Shown here piece by piece: positions 30,301 through 44,700 of a stretch of DNA of 64,000 nucleotides (the first letter of the stretch is position 1; each line of letters opens with the position of its first letter). Below the pieces are notes generated by a model. That model did not search any database. It saw nothing but the letters and a program-made list of their open reading frames with translations, and had not been told where the DNA came from. Both the position numbers and the translations under genes were made by a program. Source of the stretch: Chrysomallon squamiferum (lineage: Eukaryota > Animalia > Mollusca); NCBI GenBank assembly GCA_012295275.1, contig CM022676.1, forward strand, positions 10,974,001-11,038,000, written 5' to 3'.

Positions 30301-31731
30301 TGTTTTAATTAAAATTAAATTTTCACTCTTTTTCGTTAAAACAAAAAGCGTTCAACTTCTAAAACATGTACTATTATGTATTCAAACAATGAGTTTCCTA
30401 TTTTTATTTTTTAAAAATCATTGTTCCATGCTATAAACATTTTATTTTTTTATTTTTTATGTTTTATTACAATTACTGTGAGAAAGAAATCTACATAATA
30501 ATTACATACATGAAACACTTATGAACAGCCCTATATAGCCTTTAAAGTCATAGAATTTCAGTTTCAAGTTTTATGCATGCTATTAACATTGATGTTAATA
30601 TTGTATTATGTATGTTTGGTATAATTATAAAGTTAGCCCCTGTTTTACACCTCTAAAGTTTACGACAATTCAGACATGTCATGTTTGAAATGAGACGGAA
30701 ATGAAGAAAAATATTTACAAATAAATCTCATCTAAATAGCTTGGATTTTTCATTTTTCTGGTTTATGATAAAATGTAATCCATCATTCTGAGTTCACTGT
30801 ACTGTCTAGTGAATTCTTTACTCCCTTTGTTAGTAATTTGTACAGACTGATAGTAAACACATGCATCAGTAGTTCTTGAGATTTTTCTTGTCTTTGTTTG
30901 TTTTTTTATGTTCGCATTGTAACATATTTCATATCACAGAGTGCTATTTCCATTTCCCATGCTACTCTTTTGGGTTTATGTAAATTAAGGTTCATTGTTA
31001 TGTACATTTCTCGGTACAAATCTTCTGTTTGGTCTATCTGGGTAATTAATCTGTAGGATCTGGACTCTTCTAGCTTACTTCTTCAGTCATTTCTAGTAAG
31101 ATCTCTTGTATATAGTAATGTCCTCATTTTCATGGCCTTGGATATACTGTTCACTAATTATTGTGTTTCTAATTTTTCTTTCAGAAATAAACATTCATTA
31201 GTTGCAGTAATTCAACAACAAATCAACTTGTTGTTACTCATGTTAACATTCTGATATTAATACTGTTCAAAAACAGATATTTGCAGAGAAAGATTCATAT
31301 TATGGATGTCAGTTAGGTTATGCAAGTTTAAATACACTAAATGATTCTAATAAATAAAACATTTTCTTTTATTAGAAAGTTCAAAACTGGCAGTTATTCC
31401 TTGATTAGTGCTGTAAACATAGACACAGAACCTATTTAATTGTTTATATGTAAATATTATATAGATAATTATTTATATACCAGTTGATATGTATATGATT
31501 AGTCATTTATCAATGTACATATTTATGTATATATTTATATGTGTACCTGTGAATACATAAGAAAACAGAATGCATAACAAGCTATATTTATTTAATCATC
31601 TTTTACAAATAAAATTTAAAACCAAAATAACAAAATACAAGAAAAGAAGATTTATTTATCTCACTGATTTTTTCACATAAAGTTCATAGAAAAGAAGATA
31701 TATTTATTTGATCATTGTCTAGCAGACTGTT

Positions 31732-34700
31732 TTACTTGGGTCTGATTGACATGGTAATATATTTCAGAGGTGAAGATCGTTGCAGATCAAACCATGAAAG
31801 TTTTGTAATATCCTGAAAACACAAGAAAACAATATATATATATATATATATATATATCTTTCATGAAAAATGTATGTAAACATATTATTTATTATTCCAT
31901 GTGAATATGATAAATATGATAAGAAACCAGATTTATAATAATCATGATGATGATGATGATGATGATGATGATAATAACGATATGAGGGAGAACAGGATAG
32001 CTATTTCACTTTTTCTTTGAAAAACGAAACATAAAATTTAATTTCATCTTTAATATATGTATGTATATTTTGTTATTGTTGTTGACATTAATATGTTTGA
32101 GTGAAACTGACAGTTAGGGAGAAACTTACCAACATGTTTACAGAGGTTGTATATTTTCCTGTTGGGTTAACATAACCACATGAGTTAAACCAGAAACCAC
32201 AACCATATACTTCAGCACAATTCCACTGATTTTGATCATTATCATGATCATATGTTGAGAAAGCCATGTTATTCTGAGAAAATGTATTACTTGAAAAAGA
32301 AAATTACAACATATATATGATACCTGTATTAAAACTAAAAAGACTTGATAAATGTGTGTTATTCAAACAAAATATATATATATATATATATATCAGTAAG
32401 ATGGTAAGAGCATGTTTTGTATCCAGCAACAGGATAATTATTTTATTAGCATAGAACCTGTTGAAAACATGATAGTTACTTGAGTGAGATAGCATTCTAC
32501 TGTGTCCACACACACACATACACAATAAATAAGCTGATAAACTAATTTATTATGTTTTAATATGGACTATGTGTCTTGCATAAATTGAAAAAATAAATAA
32601 TGATAATGATACTATATTCTTTATTAGTCAGTGTGTATAAAATGAGTGTAGTAATGCAGTACTTTGGTGTGTGTTTGGTATGAATTTAGGCAGGTGTGTT
32701 TCACAATACCAAACGAAAACAATGATCAAAATAAAATGTTTGCTTCTAGTATAGTAAAGAAAGAGCCAATAATTAATTGTGTAATTATTATTTATGCGAT
32801 CACGTTTATACAGCAGTGAATTAGATAAAAATCATTGTTGTTCGTTACCACTGTTGTCCAACATAAGCACGAACTTTGTACCTCATTATCGTTTCTTTGT
32901 TTACTTCTAAACGATTTACATTCAAACCTATTTTTAATAAAATGGCAAAACCTAATAAGAATGACAAGCTATATTTCTAGCAGATGTAAAGTTTCATTTT
33001 TAAGTTTTGCGTCCATTTGAAACGAAAATGTTTCGGCTCGCCCCACGCGGCCGACAATCTTTACAAACTTGTCAGTGGCTACTTAGACTGGACACTTCCA
33101 CAGAAAGTAACTCAATGACCTTTCACCTTTTCCAACAAAGGCTAAAACTGTAGCCTGGATGTTATTTATGGTCCAACTTCCGCACGAAACGCAACGTGAT
33201 TTGAACTGTGACTAATTTCTATTTTTGAATGATCTGTGTGCAACTGGATTCGATAATTGCCAAAATCAGGTAAGCAAAATACACTTTTTATTTCCGATAT
33301 GTTTTTAGTTAAGGTTATAAGATGATACATTACAATTTAGTATTTTTAGCTAATTTTGGGGTGACTGCTCTGGGCAGATCTGCACGTGCACGCGTGTCTG
33401 TGAAATGAACATCATTTAAAAGTAGATTGCTAAGCGCTGGTGTATCGCTTTTTCGAGATTAATTTTTATAATCTAACAAAATCACAAGCTAATTAATACA
33501 AAGTATGAAAGCCAAATGAAATAGGCGATTATATTTTTATTTCTATGCCGGCTGATGTTCGTTTTTGGCGCTTTTTGTGGTTTTGCAACGAACGAAACAG
33601 TTTTCATTTCTGTATCAAATTTTACAGTCAGTTAAAATGTATAAGTTGCGCGATGTTTTGCAGGCTCCTTTTTAGCAACAGGTAAAGTCGTATTACTAGC
33701 AAAAGAGTCGTAAAATAATGACAAAAGTAAAAACTGTAATACCGGCATATTTCGTCCGCCAGTTAAGTAATTAACCTACTTGGAGAATGGATCCATTGCA
33801 CTACCAGAATGTCCATTAACATGAATGCGGTAAAACTGTTTTTCATCATCCACATGGAAATAACTGTATTTAGCATAATCATGTTGACCATTGAAATCAG
33901 TGAAATCAACTCTTAGCTCTGTATTCTGAAATTAAGAGAAAATATTCTTAAATAATTTAAATACCAATCAAGGTATGGTGATAACTACTAGTAGCAGCAG
34001 TAGTAGAAATAGTAGTGGTTCAGGCTGGACCTGGCTAATCTGTCATTCACTGTTCAGCAGCTTTGATGGTTAGGGATGTTGATTTAAATCTCGTGGTAAT
34101 TAGTTTGCATGGCTGCTGTTTGGCACCACTGTCCTCTCATACTGTTTGTGTCCACTGTCCTCTCATACTGTTTGGCACCACCGTCCTCTCATACTGTTTG
34201 GCACCACCGTCTTCTGATACTGTTTGTGCCCACTGTCTTCTCATACTGTTTGTGTCCACCGTCCTCTCATACTGTTTGTGTCCACCGTCCTCTCATACTG
34301 TTTGTGTCCACTGTCCTCTCATACTGTTTGTGTCCACCGTCCTCTCATACTGTTTGTGTCCAATGTCCTCTCATACTGTTTGTGTCCACTGTCCTCTCAT
34401 ACTGTTTGGCACCACCGTCCTCTCATACTGTTTGTGTCCACCGTCCTCTCATACTGTTTGTGTCCACCGTCCTCTCATACTGTTTGTGTCCACCGTCCTC
34501 TCATACTGTTTGTGTCCACTGTTTCATACTGTCCACCACCGTTCTATACTGTTCTCTTGTTTAGGGTGTTTGTTTCTGGTAGTCTACCAGTATTTTAACT
34601 ATTTGCCAGATAAAGACAGAAGTTTGTGTCCACTGAGGCTTGTTTCTGGTAGTCTGCCAGTATTTTAACTATGACTAAAGGCATTTTTTTGGGGGAGACG

Positions 34701-35084
34701 CTGTGATAAATATTACTGGTATTGTAAAGATACACACCAAGTTATAGTAAAGATCGTGTATCTAATCTGTGTTGAGGTGTCTAGTTCTTGTTCTTTGTGA
34801 ACTGTATGTATAAGTTTAACCTGAAGCAGAGTAGATTAGCTGATGTGATAGTAAACTTCATGTAGAGAAGTGCTGATCACAAAGTACAAAAAGTAACTTT
34901 ATTAAAATATATACATGCAGTCACTTTTATTTCTAAAATAGAAACTATCCTTTAAGGTTAAGGTAGACCTTGTGATGTTCAACAATATCTGCGGTGATCA
35001 AGTGAGAGAAATTGTGAATAAGCGAAAGTTAGTAACGAATACCTCAGATGAACATTAAACAACAATAAAAACAAAATAATAAAA

Positions 35085-35116
<32 letters not shown>

Positions 35117-35640
35117 CAACAATAACAATAATAATTACTATAATAATAATATTATTAATTACTATAATAAAAATAATAATAATTGAAAAAACCGATAGTA
35201 ATAAATTTACAATAATACTGTAATAAAAATATAATTCTTTGATTTGTTATGTTTTCCCTTTTCTTTTTTTTTTCTTCTGAAATATGTTCTCGCTTCTTTA
35301 CCAGATCAGAGAACCACATGTTTATGCCCTAAATAACCAAACTAAATAAAAATAATAATAAAATAAACAAAAGTCCAAGAAGGTCCCACACAAAAATGCC
35401 AAGTTTTCGAAGATGAATGAAAATATTATTATAAATTTCATACATTTTTTTTATTTGTAAATGAAAATGTACCTTATGTATACTTGTGAACAGATGTAGA
35501 TTATCATTACCCCACCAGAAACTTTTTTCTAATTTTCCAAATCCTTTCTTATACTCCTCCCAAGTTCTGTTGAAATTTTCTGCATCAGTTACTTGTCTGT
35601 TTTGGGAATAAAATGTATCTCTTAGACCATTTTTACTACG

Positions 35641-35704
<64 letters not shown>

Positions 35705-38700
35705 ATAATAATAATAATAATAACAATAACAACAACAACATGTTACAAGAATAGATTTCTACTGAATAAAATAATAATGATAATGATAAAAAAAATAAAA
35801 ATAAGGACAGAAAAATAACAACAGCAAAAGTAATGATACCTAAGGAATACTAGCCACCCTCCACCATCAGTAACTGAATCACATCTGGCATACACAGTTC
35901 TGTCTCCAGGCATTCTCAACATCTGCAGTCCACTTTTTTGTTTAAATTTTAAACAAGAAGTAATTTCTGAAATTATCAATATATATAACTACACATACGC
36001 ATACATAAAGGTCTGTGTGTGTGTGTGTGTTCTGTTTAATCTAGACAGAAATAAATGAAAGAATAAAATAAATTATTAAATAATACAATAATATTAACTC
36101 ATTTAAATAAATAAATAAATAAATAAAGTTTCTCTAAAAGGGAAACTTCAGCTGCAAGTAACAGTAATTATACATTTACTAATTTATTGTAAAGTTTGAT
36201 GTTTTAACCTTTTTTCCAGACCATTTTTCCTTTGACTCTGGAACAGACTAAATCAGTCTTCTTGTAGTGGCTACCTCTTATGTAACATTTACCTCCTGCT
36301 GTACAGTGATTTTTCTGTAACATTATGTACTTGCTGTTAGAATTCTGATATTTCATATGTGGAAAGAATTAACACACGAACTGTTCAATGTACGGATATG
36401 TTTTAATATTCAGAAATCTATTACTAAGTTGATCTATTTTAATATCTAAAAAAGTTTATGTTGTCAAAAAGCATAATTGGCAGTGTAGTAGGTATTTGGA
36501 TTTTTGCATATATTCAGAAATATTATGAACATCTGGATATGTGATTCGTATTTTTACAATTAATTAAAATCATCATATCTGGAAATGCTGTAGATTATAT
36601 GGAATTTTGTAGATACTTGGAAAGGTTGTAGGATCTAGACATGTAAGTGTCAGACATGCAGACATTTAGAAATAGTCAATTAAATTGCTTACTGCCACAG
36701 AACAAGTTACTTTCTTTCCATTGATGTGACAACTTTCACACTCAGAATTGTGGATGACAACCACGCGTTCTTTGCTGAAAGTTTTACCATCATTTGAAAC
36801 TGATAAGTAAATAACACGAATAGCATCGATACCAGGAAAGCCATTATTCGGTATTTTGTATTTTCTTTTGGCTATAGGACACAAGACCTCCAGTGCATTC
36901 TGCACATTACCCAATACCATCGTTCTGCTTTTCTGAATAATTAGTGAGTTGTTGATCTGTGAATGGAATGAAACTTTATAAGTACGTTTTAGTTCTAATG
37001 ATTATCATGGACATCTATTTAATTTTGTGTCTTATGATGAGAGTGAAATGCATCATTTATATGTTACTAGCTAAAACAATCAGCACACAGTATTCACAGT
37101 CTTTGCTAACCCACATAGGAATCAAAAGGGAAACTAAGGATTTTTATACTCCAACTCTTCACAACATAAACATTGTAAATATTCTGTGTAAAAAGAATGA
37201 TATATTGATGATCATAAAGAAAATAATAATAATCAGTATGCTATTAATAATAAAGACAATAATAATAATAAGAGATATCTATTATCCAAAGAACTAAATT
37301 CTTCACCTTATTACAATTGTTGTTGTAAAAAAACTACTACTGCTAAAACTTACATAAATTTCTCGCAGTTTACACATTGTTTTTAGACCAATAACAAAAT
37401 ATTTAGCGCTAACTGTAACATTATCACAAGGGTCATCAAGGAGATCACATCCCTCCCCATCATTAATGTCATTAACAACTGGTGGAATTCGAATATCAGT
37501 GGAGCAGTCAGCACCCATAAAATTTCTCTCACAGACACAAGTTCCTGATTAAGAGGAAACAAAAGAGAAAAACACAGGAAGAATGGTGATAGTTAAAAGC
37601 AAAGTATAAACACATTCTTCTTTTGATTAGTATTAAAATAAGGCATAGAATAATCTACAATTTCAACATGAAGTAAAGGAAATAAATATTAAACAGAAAG
37701 TTCACATGATGTCACACAACTGAGCAAATATTAGCCTATCGTAAGAAAATGTTTATAACTGAAAATAATTATTTAACTGAGTAAAATAAATGAACATCAA
37801 ACTCTTAATTTTGTTCATGATTATTGTATATTTATTGTAGACTCGGCTTTAAACTTGGGAAATATGTTGAGTTAAAGCTAAGAAAGCAGACGATGAAAAC
37901 AAACAAACCATTAGCACACTGTCCTCTATGTGAACAGTCAGATGGACAGGAAACACTGATGACTTGAGTCAGTATCGATTCTTTTCCTTTTGTCTTATGA
38001 AATTCTTCATTCATAACTGCTTCATTTACGCAAGAAGATTTTACATTTTCAATCGCTGATTCAGCAAAGATGGTATCACCAGATGCCTGAATGAAAGAAA
38101 ACTAATTTCATTTATTAGAAGATATTTTGTTTTTACTTTTTTACAACATCTTCAGTCTTTCATGAACCCAGTGCCAAATGACAATGAAAAATACAAGAGT
38201 TTTGTATGTTTTTCCCTATTGAATGGAAAGGGAATATAAATGTCCAGTTTCTTCTAAATAGAAAGTGTGCAGCAGATTTGTGTTCTCATAGTTCTTAATC
38301 AAATGTATGAACCAACGAACTTGTGGTTTAAAAAGGTATTAAGAATATTGTTTTATTAATTAAGATTTTTATAAAATGTCTTTCTTTCAGTTCAATTGCA
38401 GGGTTTAATTCCAGTAATACCATGTTAATTCAATGAGAAAGTGTGGATGGACTGATTCCAGTTTCAGCAAAAAATTGTTATAAATGTAAAATTTCATCAT
38501 TCAATAAACCAGTGCTCTTAGAAATTCAGCGATCTGAAAATTTGACAGGAATATTGTGACAACAAATGAGCTGATCTCCGTAATGATATAAGTCCATAGC
38601 TCCAAAATATGAAGGGTTCATGACTGTTTGATCTTTTCATTTATTTTTATTCAGAATTTTTGTTTAAAATATTGTGAATAACATATATATATATAAAAAT

Positions 38701-41700
38701 CTGCATAAGTAATATTCTTTATAGGTCAGCAAATGCAATTAAAGCAGGAATACCTGAAGCCATCTTTTGCTAATTTTGAAATATTGAACGTATGCTAAAT
38801 GCGTTAAACATTATTAAGTGTGTGTTCAATGGTTTCAGTGTTATTAAATGCATGTTGTGTGCTTTATAATTGTGTACTAAATGTATGATGGATACATTAA
38901 ACATTACTCAATGCATGTTGGATGTATAAAACATTATTGAGTGCATGCTGAATAATTTAATTGTTATTAAATGCATGTCACATGCTTTATAATAACTAAA
39001 TATATTCTGGATGCACTAAACATTATTAAATACATGTGGGATGCATTAAATGGTATGAAATAGCCACTTACTCCAATGTCTTGTAATGCCACATTCAATT
39101 AAAGTATGAATATGTAAGGCATTAGTGCATAATTCACTATTTATGCATATCAATGCTTTACAACTCTTATGTCAAAGTCAAAATATCTAAATTGATTCTA
39201 AAATCAAACAATTCATTTTCATTCATTCATCTCTCATCAGCTATAAATGTCTTTATACTGACCATTAAGTACTTTGAAAAAATAAATATGTCCATACAAT
39301 TTTTTAAACTTATAGTAAAATCTATTGTTTTCTATGTAGGTGTCAAGGGATAGAATCAAATATATGAAGAAGTCAGACCTCTGACAAATTAACTTTCCTA
39401 CCGAATGTACTGCAGCTTTTAGTGCTTATAAATAATATCGTACAACAAAACATTTTGAAACTGAAAGGGATGAAACTACTGGAGGTCTATAGAAGGAGAA
39501 ACAAAAACATATCAAGAGAATCTGCACATCATGAACTTGATTGATGATCAAAAAAAAAAAAAAAAAAATTGTTGAAATTCAGGTCAATTTTTTACGAATT
39601 GTATGCATCATTAGTTTGGACCAGTCCAGTGCAACTTCTGTCAAAGGGTTCTCACCACTTCTTCAAACAGTTTTGAGTTGAGTTTAAAATAGTTGGCAGC
39701 ATTTATAAAGTTCCAGTGACAACAGAACACATAAAATAATTGCTGAGATATGAGGTCAAAAGCTGGAGGCGGTGTCCATTTTGAACGAAAAAATAAAATT
39801 TCAGAAGTCCATATTTCCAAAAGTAATGCTCATATGAGGGTAGAATTTCATATTTAGATGAAAATCAGAATCAGTCTTGTTATAATTTGTTTTCATTTTA
39901 CAGCATATGTCATATTTATTCTGTTTTAATAAGTAGGTTGTCAAGAATAACTTATTAAAAAGTAGATTATAGAAATCATTTCAGTAATAAATTATATAAA
40001 TTATTTTTAAGTAGATTATAGAAATCATTTTAGCAAAAAACTATATAAATTATTTTTAAGTAGATTATAGAAATCATTTTAGTAATAAACTATATAAATT
40101 ATTTTTAAGCAGGATATCAATTATTATTTTTATTAATAAGAATGTTTTATAAATTATTTGTATTAGCAGGTAGACCATATATTAGTTTAATTAATATGTA
40201 GGCTGTATATATATTTTTTAATTAATTTCTAGGGCATATCAATTATTTAATAATGTGTAATAATAATAAGTACCCTAGCTGTGTAAATTTCTGTTAAGAG
40301 TTATACTGAATCATTTTTTTCTTTAATAAGCACACTATTCCAACTATGTCTTTGATAAATTAGATTTGTAGATTAGTGCCATTACTAAAAACAAATAATC
40401 AAAACCTCACCATGGTGTCAAATATACAGTCTTCCAGATTTCCACCAACAAAACTGCTTTGAACTAATTGACATAAATTAACACTTTTGGATTGTGAGAA
40501 TAATTTCATACATATCCCTGCTGCTAGAGATAGTCTTATGGTCTGAGTAGTATTTGACACATCCTATGGTTAAAGGTGAAAAAAAAGAAAATCTCTAAAT
40601 ATTGATACATATCTCATTTAATAACAGAAATTACAAAAATAATAACAATGACAACAACTACAGTAGCTATGGAAATAAAAATTTTGAAAGCAAGGGTAAA
40701 CTAGGAGTGACATTTAGAACACATCTCCACCCTAAACTCAGTCATTTAATATTATTCAGGTTATTCTGTTTGGGAACAGGGAAATGAAATCTCTTGAGTA
40801 CAGGGATGCACAAGTTGATGAAGATAGAATAAAGTTTGTGTGTTTGTTTGTTCAAAGAGAAACACAGAGAGGGATAGTGTTCAGAGGTTATCAATTTACT
40901 AACAATTCAGCTCAACATAATGCACTAACAGACTCACTCTTTTTCTTAAACTGCTGTGAACATTGTCTTCACTCTCAGCGTAAGTGACAGATCTTTTTTT
41001 CTTGCGAGCTCGGAAGATGCATTTTCTCCTATTTGGTTTTTCCACTGTTTTAGGTTGATAGGCTTGACAGAACTCACGTTCCGCAGTTGGTCCACATATT
41101 GTTTCCTGGCAAGGCAGATGTTTACATTTGACTTGTTTAGGACAATAACACAGGAATGAAACATCTTTCCACTTTTTGAGGTTGTTATGGTTACTGCTGA
41201 ACAAAAGATTCTCCGAATCAGCAATTCTGTCAAAATATTAAATGGTATTACTTGTTTGACATATCTAACATGTTCACATCAGAAAATAATAATAAAATAC
41301 AAAACCACTCCTACCTTTATTTCAGCAGAACTGTTACTACTAGTATCACATCAGAGAATAATAATAAAATACAAAACCACTCCTACCTTTATTTCAGCAG
41401 AACTGTTACTACTAGTATCACATCAGAGAATAATAATAAAATACAAAACCACTCCTACCTTTATTTCAGCAGAACTGTTACTACTAGTATTACAGCTGCC
41501 GCAGCATCTACTTCTCCAACAAAACCTACTGCAACATGCTGCTAATAATAGAAGTAGTAGTTGTAGCAGCTGCTGTAGCAATAGCACTACTGTACAGAGA
41601 AAAATCACCAGTGAGAATGTATTTTATTCATTAGTTTGAACCAAAGTTAATATGACATATCTCCCTCTTCACAACAACATATTTGATATGAATGAACTAA

Positions 41701-44700
41701 ATATTACATACCTAAGCACCAGACCACAACTCATATATATTAATTTATGCACTAATCACTGTTTCAAAATATCTTATACTTTATTCATGAAGAAAGAAAA
41801 CTAATGACTAAAATAATGTATTAAAAAAATAAAAATTAAAAATAAATTTCTGACAATTACTTCCAAGACTTTACGAAGTCATTGTCATTTGATGCCACCT
41901 GCTCACTACCACGCAGATATCTTTTCCCTGTACCAAGTTCTGCACAGAGGCCTCTCGTACTTTTATAATCCAGGATGGAAGGGTAGATGAACACATTTAA
42001 GAATTTCTGTTTGAAATATATACGTATGTGAACTCTTGTTCCTGTAGGAAGGTATGCCTTGGTGAAAAAAAGATAAATAATAATAATTAAAAAAAAAAAA
42101 ATACAGAAAAAAAATGAAAAGAAGAAATGTTAGGATATCTGCTGGTAATTAGATCAATCTGATTTGTATTACCTTTATGATAATAAAATTGAAAAATAAT
42201 TTATTTGAATTAGTTACACCACTACGTTTTTAAACTGAATTAGTCAGTCACACAGACGGAACATAATATATAAATAAATAAAATATTACATATAAATAAA
42301 ATAATAATAAAATGTTATTATTACGCTTTATATTAAAGCATATCTAAAAATGAAGACGATCTGATTTTTGTAGCATAGTTAAGACAAAGATTAAGAACAT
42401 GTAAAACTCAGTATCTCTTTGCTATACTGTTATTTTGTCGTGCAACTGTACCTCATATTCAGTTTCAGATTTCCGACGAACATCTAACACGTCATTGCTA
42501 TCATCATCACACAACAGGTAACCGATTCTGAATCTTTCTTCACACAGATTCACTTGAAATATATTTCTACCTGCTCTTATAACCACAGCACAATTACAGG
42601 CAACAGATCCCCAACAGTTATAGGTTTTAATCTGAATCTGAAAATATAATTTATTTTTGTAAACACCTGTACATAGTTCACTTGTATGTCAGCCCATGTA
42701 AATAATATATTCACTCCGTATAAACATCCTAGTTCTGACAATCACAGTGTACTTATATACTTACATATACATTGTAGTTTACAGGTATATTTCATCATAC
42801 ATGTATAGACTGTACGTAGTTATCACAGTGATTTTGCATGATAGGGTGTCGTTAAATGTTTGTTGATTCATTCATTGACTGTACATTTTAATAGTATATG
42901 TGTTTCAGCATGCATGCACATCTTTTAGAGTTTTATCTATCTAAGTGTATCTCGATCGAAAATTCTGTAAAATCTTTGACAATCATTACCAATATTTGGA
43001 AATCATTCAGGAAAATAAATTAATACATAATGTCTCAATATTAACATAGCTGTTGCAAAAATCAAGTGATATATCTTGTGAAAAAGGAGCTGTTTTCCAT
43101 GGCACTCTTATGAAACATCATGCTCATATAACGGGCTTAGGTTTTGTCTTTCTTTCTTCTTTTGCACAAAATCAGTACATTCATTACTTTACAGCTTTTT
43201 CATATCATAATATTTGTATTCTGGCAGAATTTCCCATTCCAGTGTTTAGATGCCAAGAAATGCTGATTCTGCTTTTACTGTGTTAAAGATCTTTGAAGTG
43301 TCACTAATCACGATTCTGTGTATACAGCTTTAATTAGTTGTTTATTAATGTTCATAATCATAAAGAAAATAAGTTATAAGTCACCCTTATCTTCATACTG
43401 GAAAATGTTTCTGCAAATGATAGTTTTTGACAATCAAAACACAAAAAATTTATCAGTTTGTATCACTTTTACTCTCGGGCAGGAAACACAATTTGGAAAA
43501 AATTCATATCCAGATTTCAGAGGTCAGTAGTACTGGTGTATGCTGTGTACTTCAGTGTGGCGCTAAAGAAAATATTATCACTGCTTACCAGCCAATATAC
43601 CACAATAACTGTATAGACAGAAATCAAGATTTCATATTTCGTGTATAATGGTATTTCTTGTCCCCTGGTGCTTAATGTAGAATATGTTTTAACTAGGGAA
43701 AATAATAAAAATTTCTCCATATTGTTCTTGTAGATGCAAATCTTTGAGTGAAATTTTATACAGATGTGAATTCATCTGTGTCCGTTTTTATATGAGCATC
43801 TACATAGGTGTGAATGGGTGCTTCTTATTTGTTTTTACATAAACTTTAATATGCCTCTGGGTAATATGTGTTTATGTAGGTGTGAATGTGTATAATCAGT
43901 GTTTATACAGGTGTTAATATGTTAGTAATATATATTTTATGTAGGTGAATATGTGTATGTAGGTGTCAGTATGTGTGTAACATGTATTTATGTAAGAGTG
44001 AATATGTGTGTAATATGTGTTTATGTAGCTCTGAATGTGTGTAACATGTAAGTCTGAATATTTTTATTATGTGTATTTACATATACACATGACTGTCTCT
44101 GTTTAATATGTGGTTATAAAGGTGTGAATGTGTGTAACACATATTTATGTAAGTGAATTTGTGTGTAATATGTTTTTGTAGGTGTGAATCAATGTAATAT
44201 GTTTTTATGTAAGAGTGAATATGTGTGTAATATGTGTTTATGTAGGTGTAAATGTCTGTAATATATGGTTACGTAGGTGTGAATGTGCCCGCTAATATGT
44301 GTATCTTAATGTAAGTGCGAATCTGTCTGTGATGGTGTATAAATGTGTTTATGTAAATATGATTTGACTTGATATGTGTATGTGTTTACATAGGAATGAT
44401 TGCGTCTATATTGATATGTATAGATATTAAACCTGGTAGACCACACAGATGCATGAACCGTGTCTTAGATGAATGAATAACTAACTAAATAAATCTTACA
44501 TCTACTGGATAATTTTTGACTGTGTAGAGCTGATACACGCCTGGGACCATGAAATCAATTTTTCTGTGTAAGGAAAACAATAAATCAAAAGAAGTTTGAG
44601 TAGATCACATGAAACAATAATAATAATAACAATAATAATAAAGTTCCTACATCTTTCAAATTCATTTTTATTTATGTTTAAGTTTATTTATTTGTTTGAA

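Noticed and set aside
30285-30545. Kolobok-like MITE (TTAAAGGC...GCCTTTAA)
   Set aside because: The inverted match is only ~8 bp in AT-rich DNA and could be chance.
34063-34668. Cys/His-rich repeat ORFs (also 51387-51983)
   Set aside because: Products of a 26-bp intronic minisatellite that is open in several frames.
39072-39130. Possible extra exon after a GTAAG donor
   Set aside because: In-frame stop, donor not conserved in copy B, and the flanking exons already join in phase.
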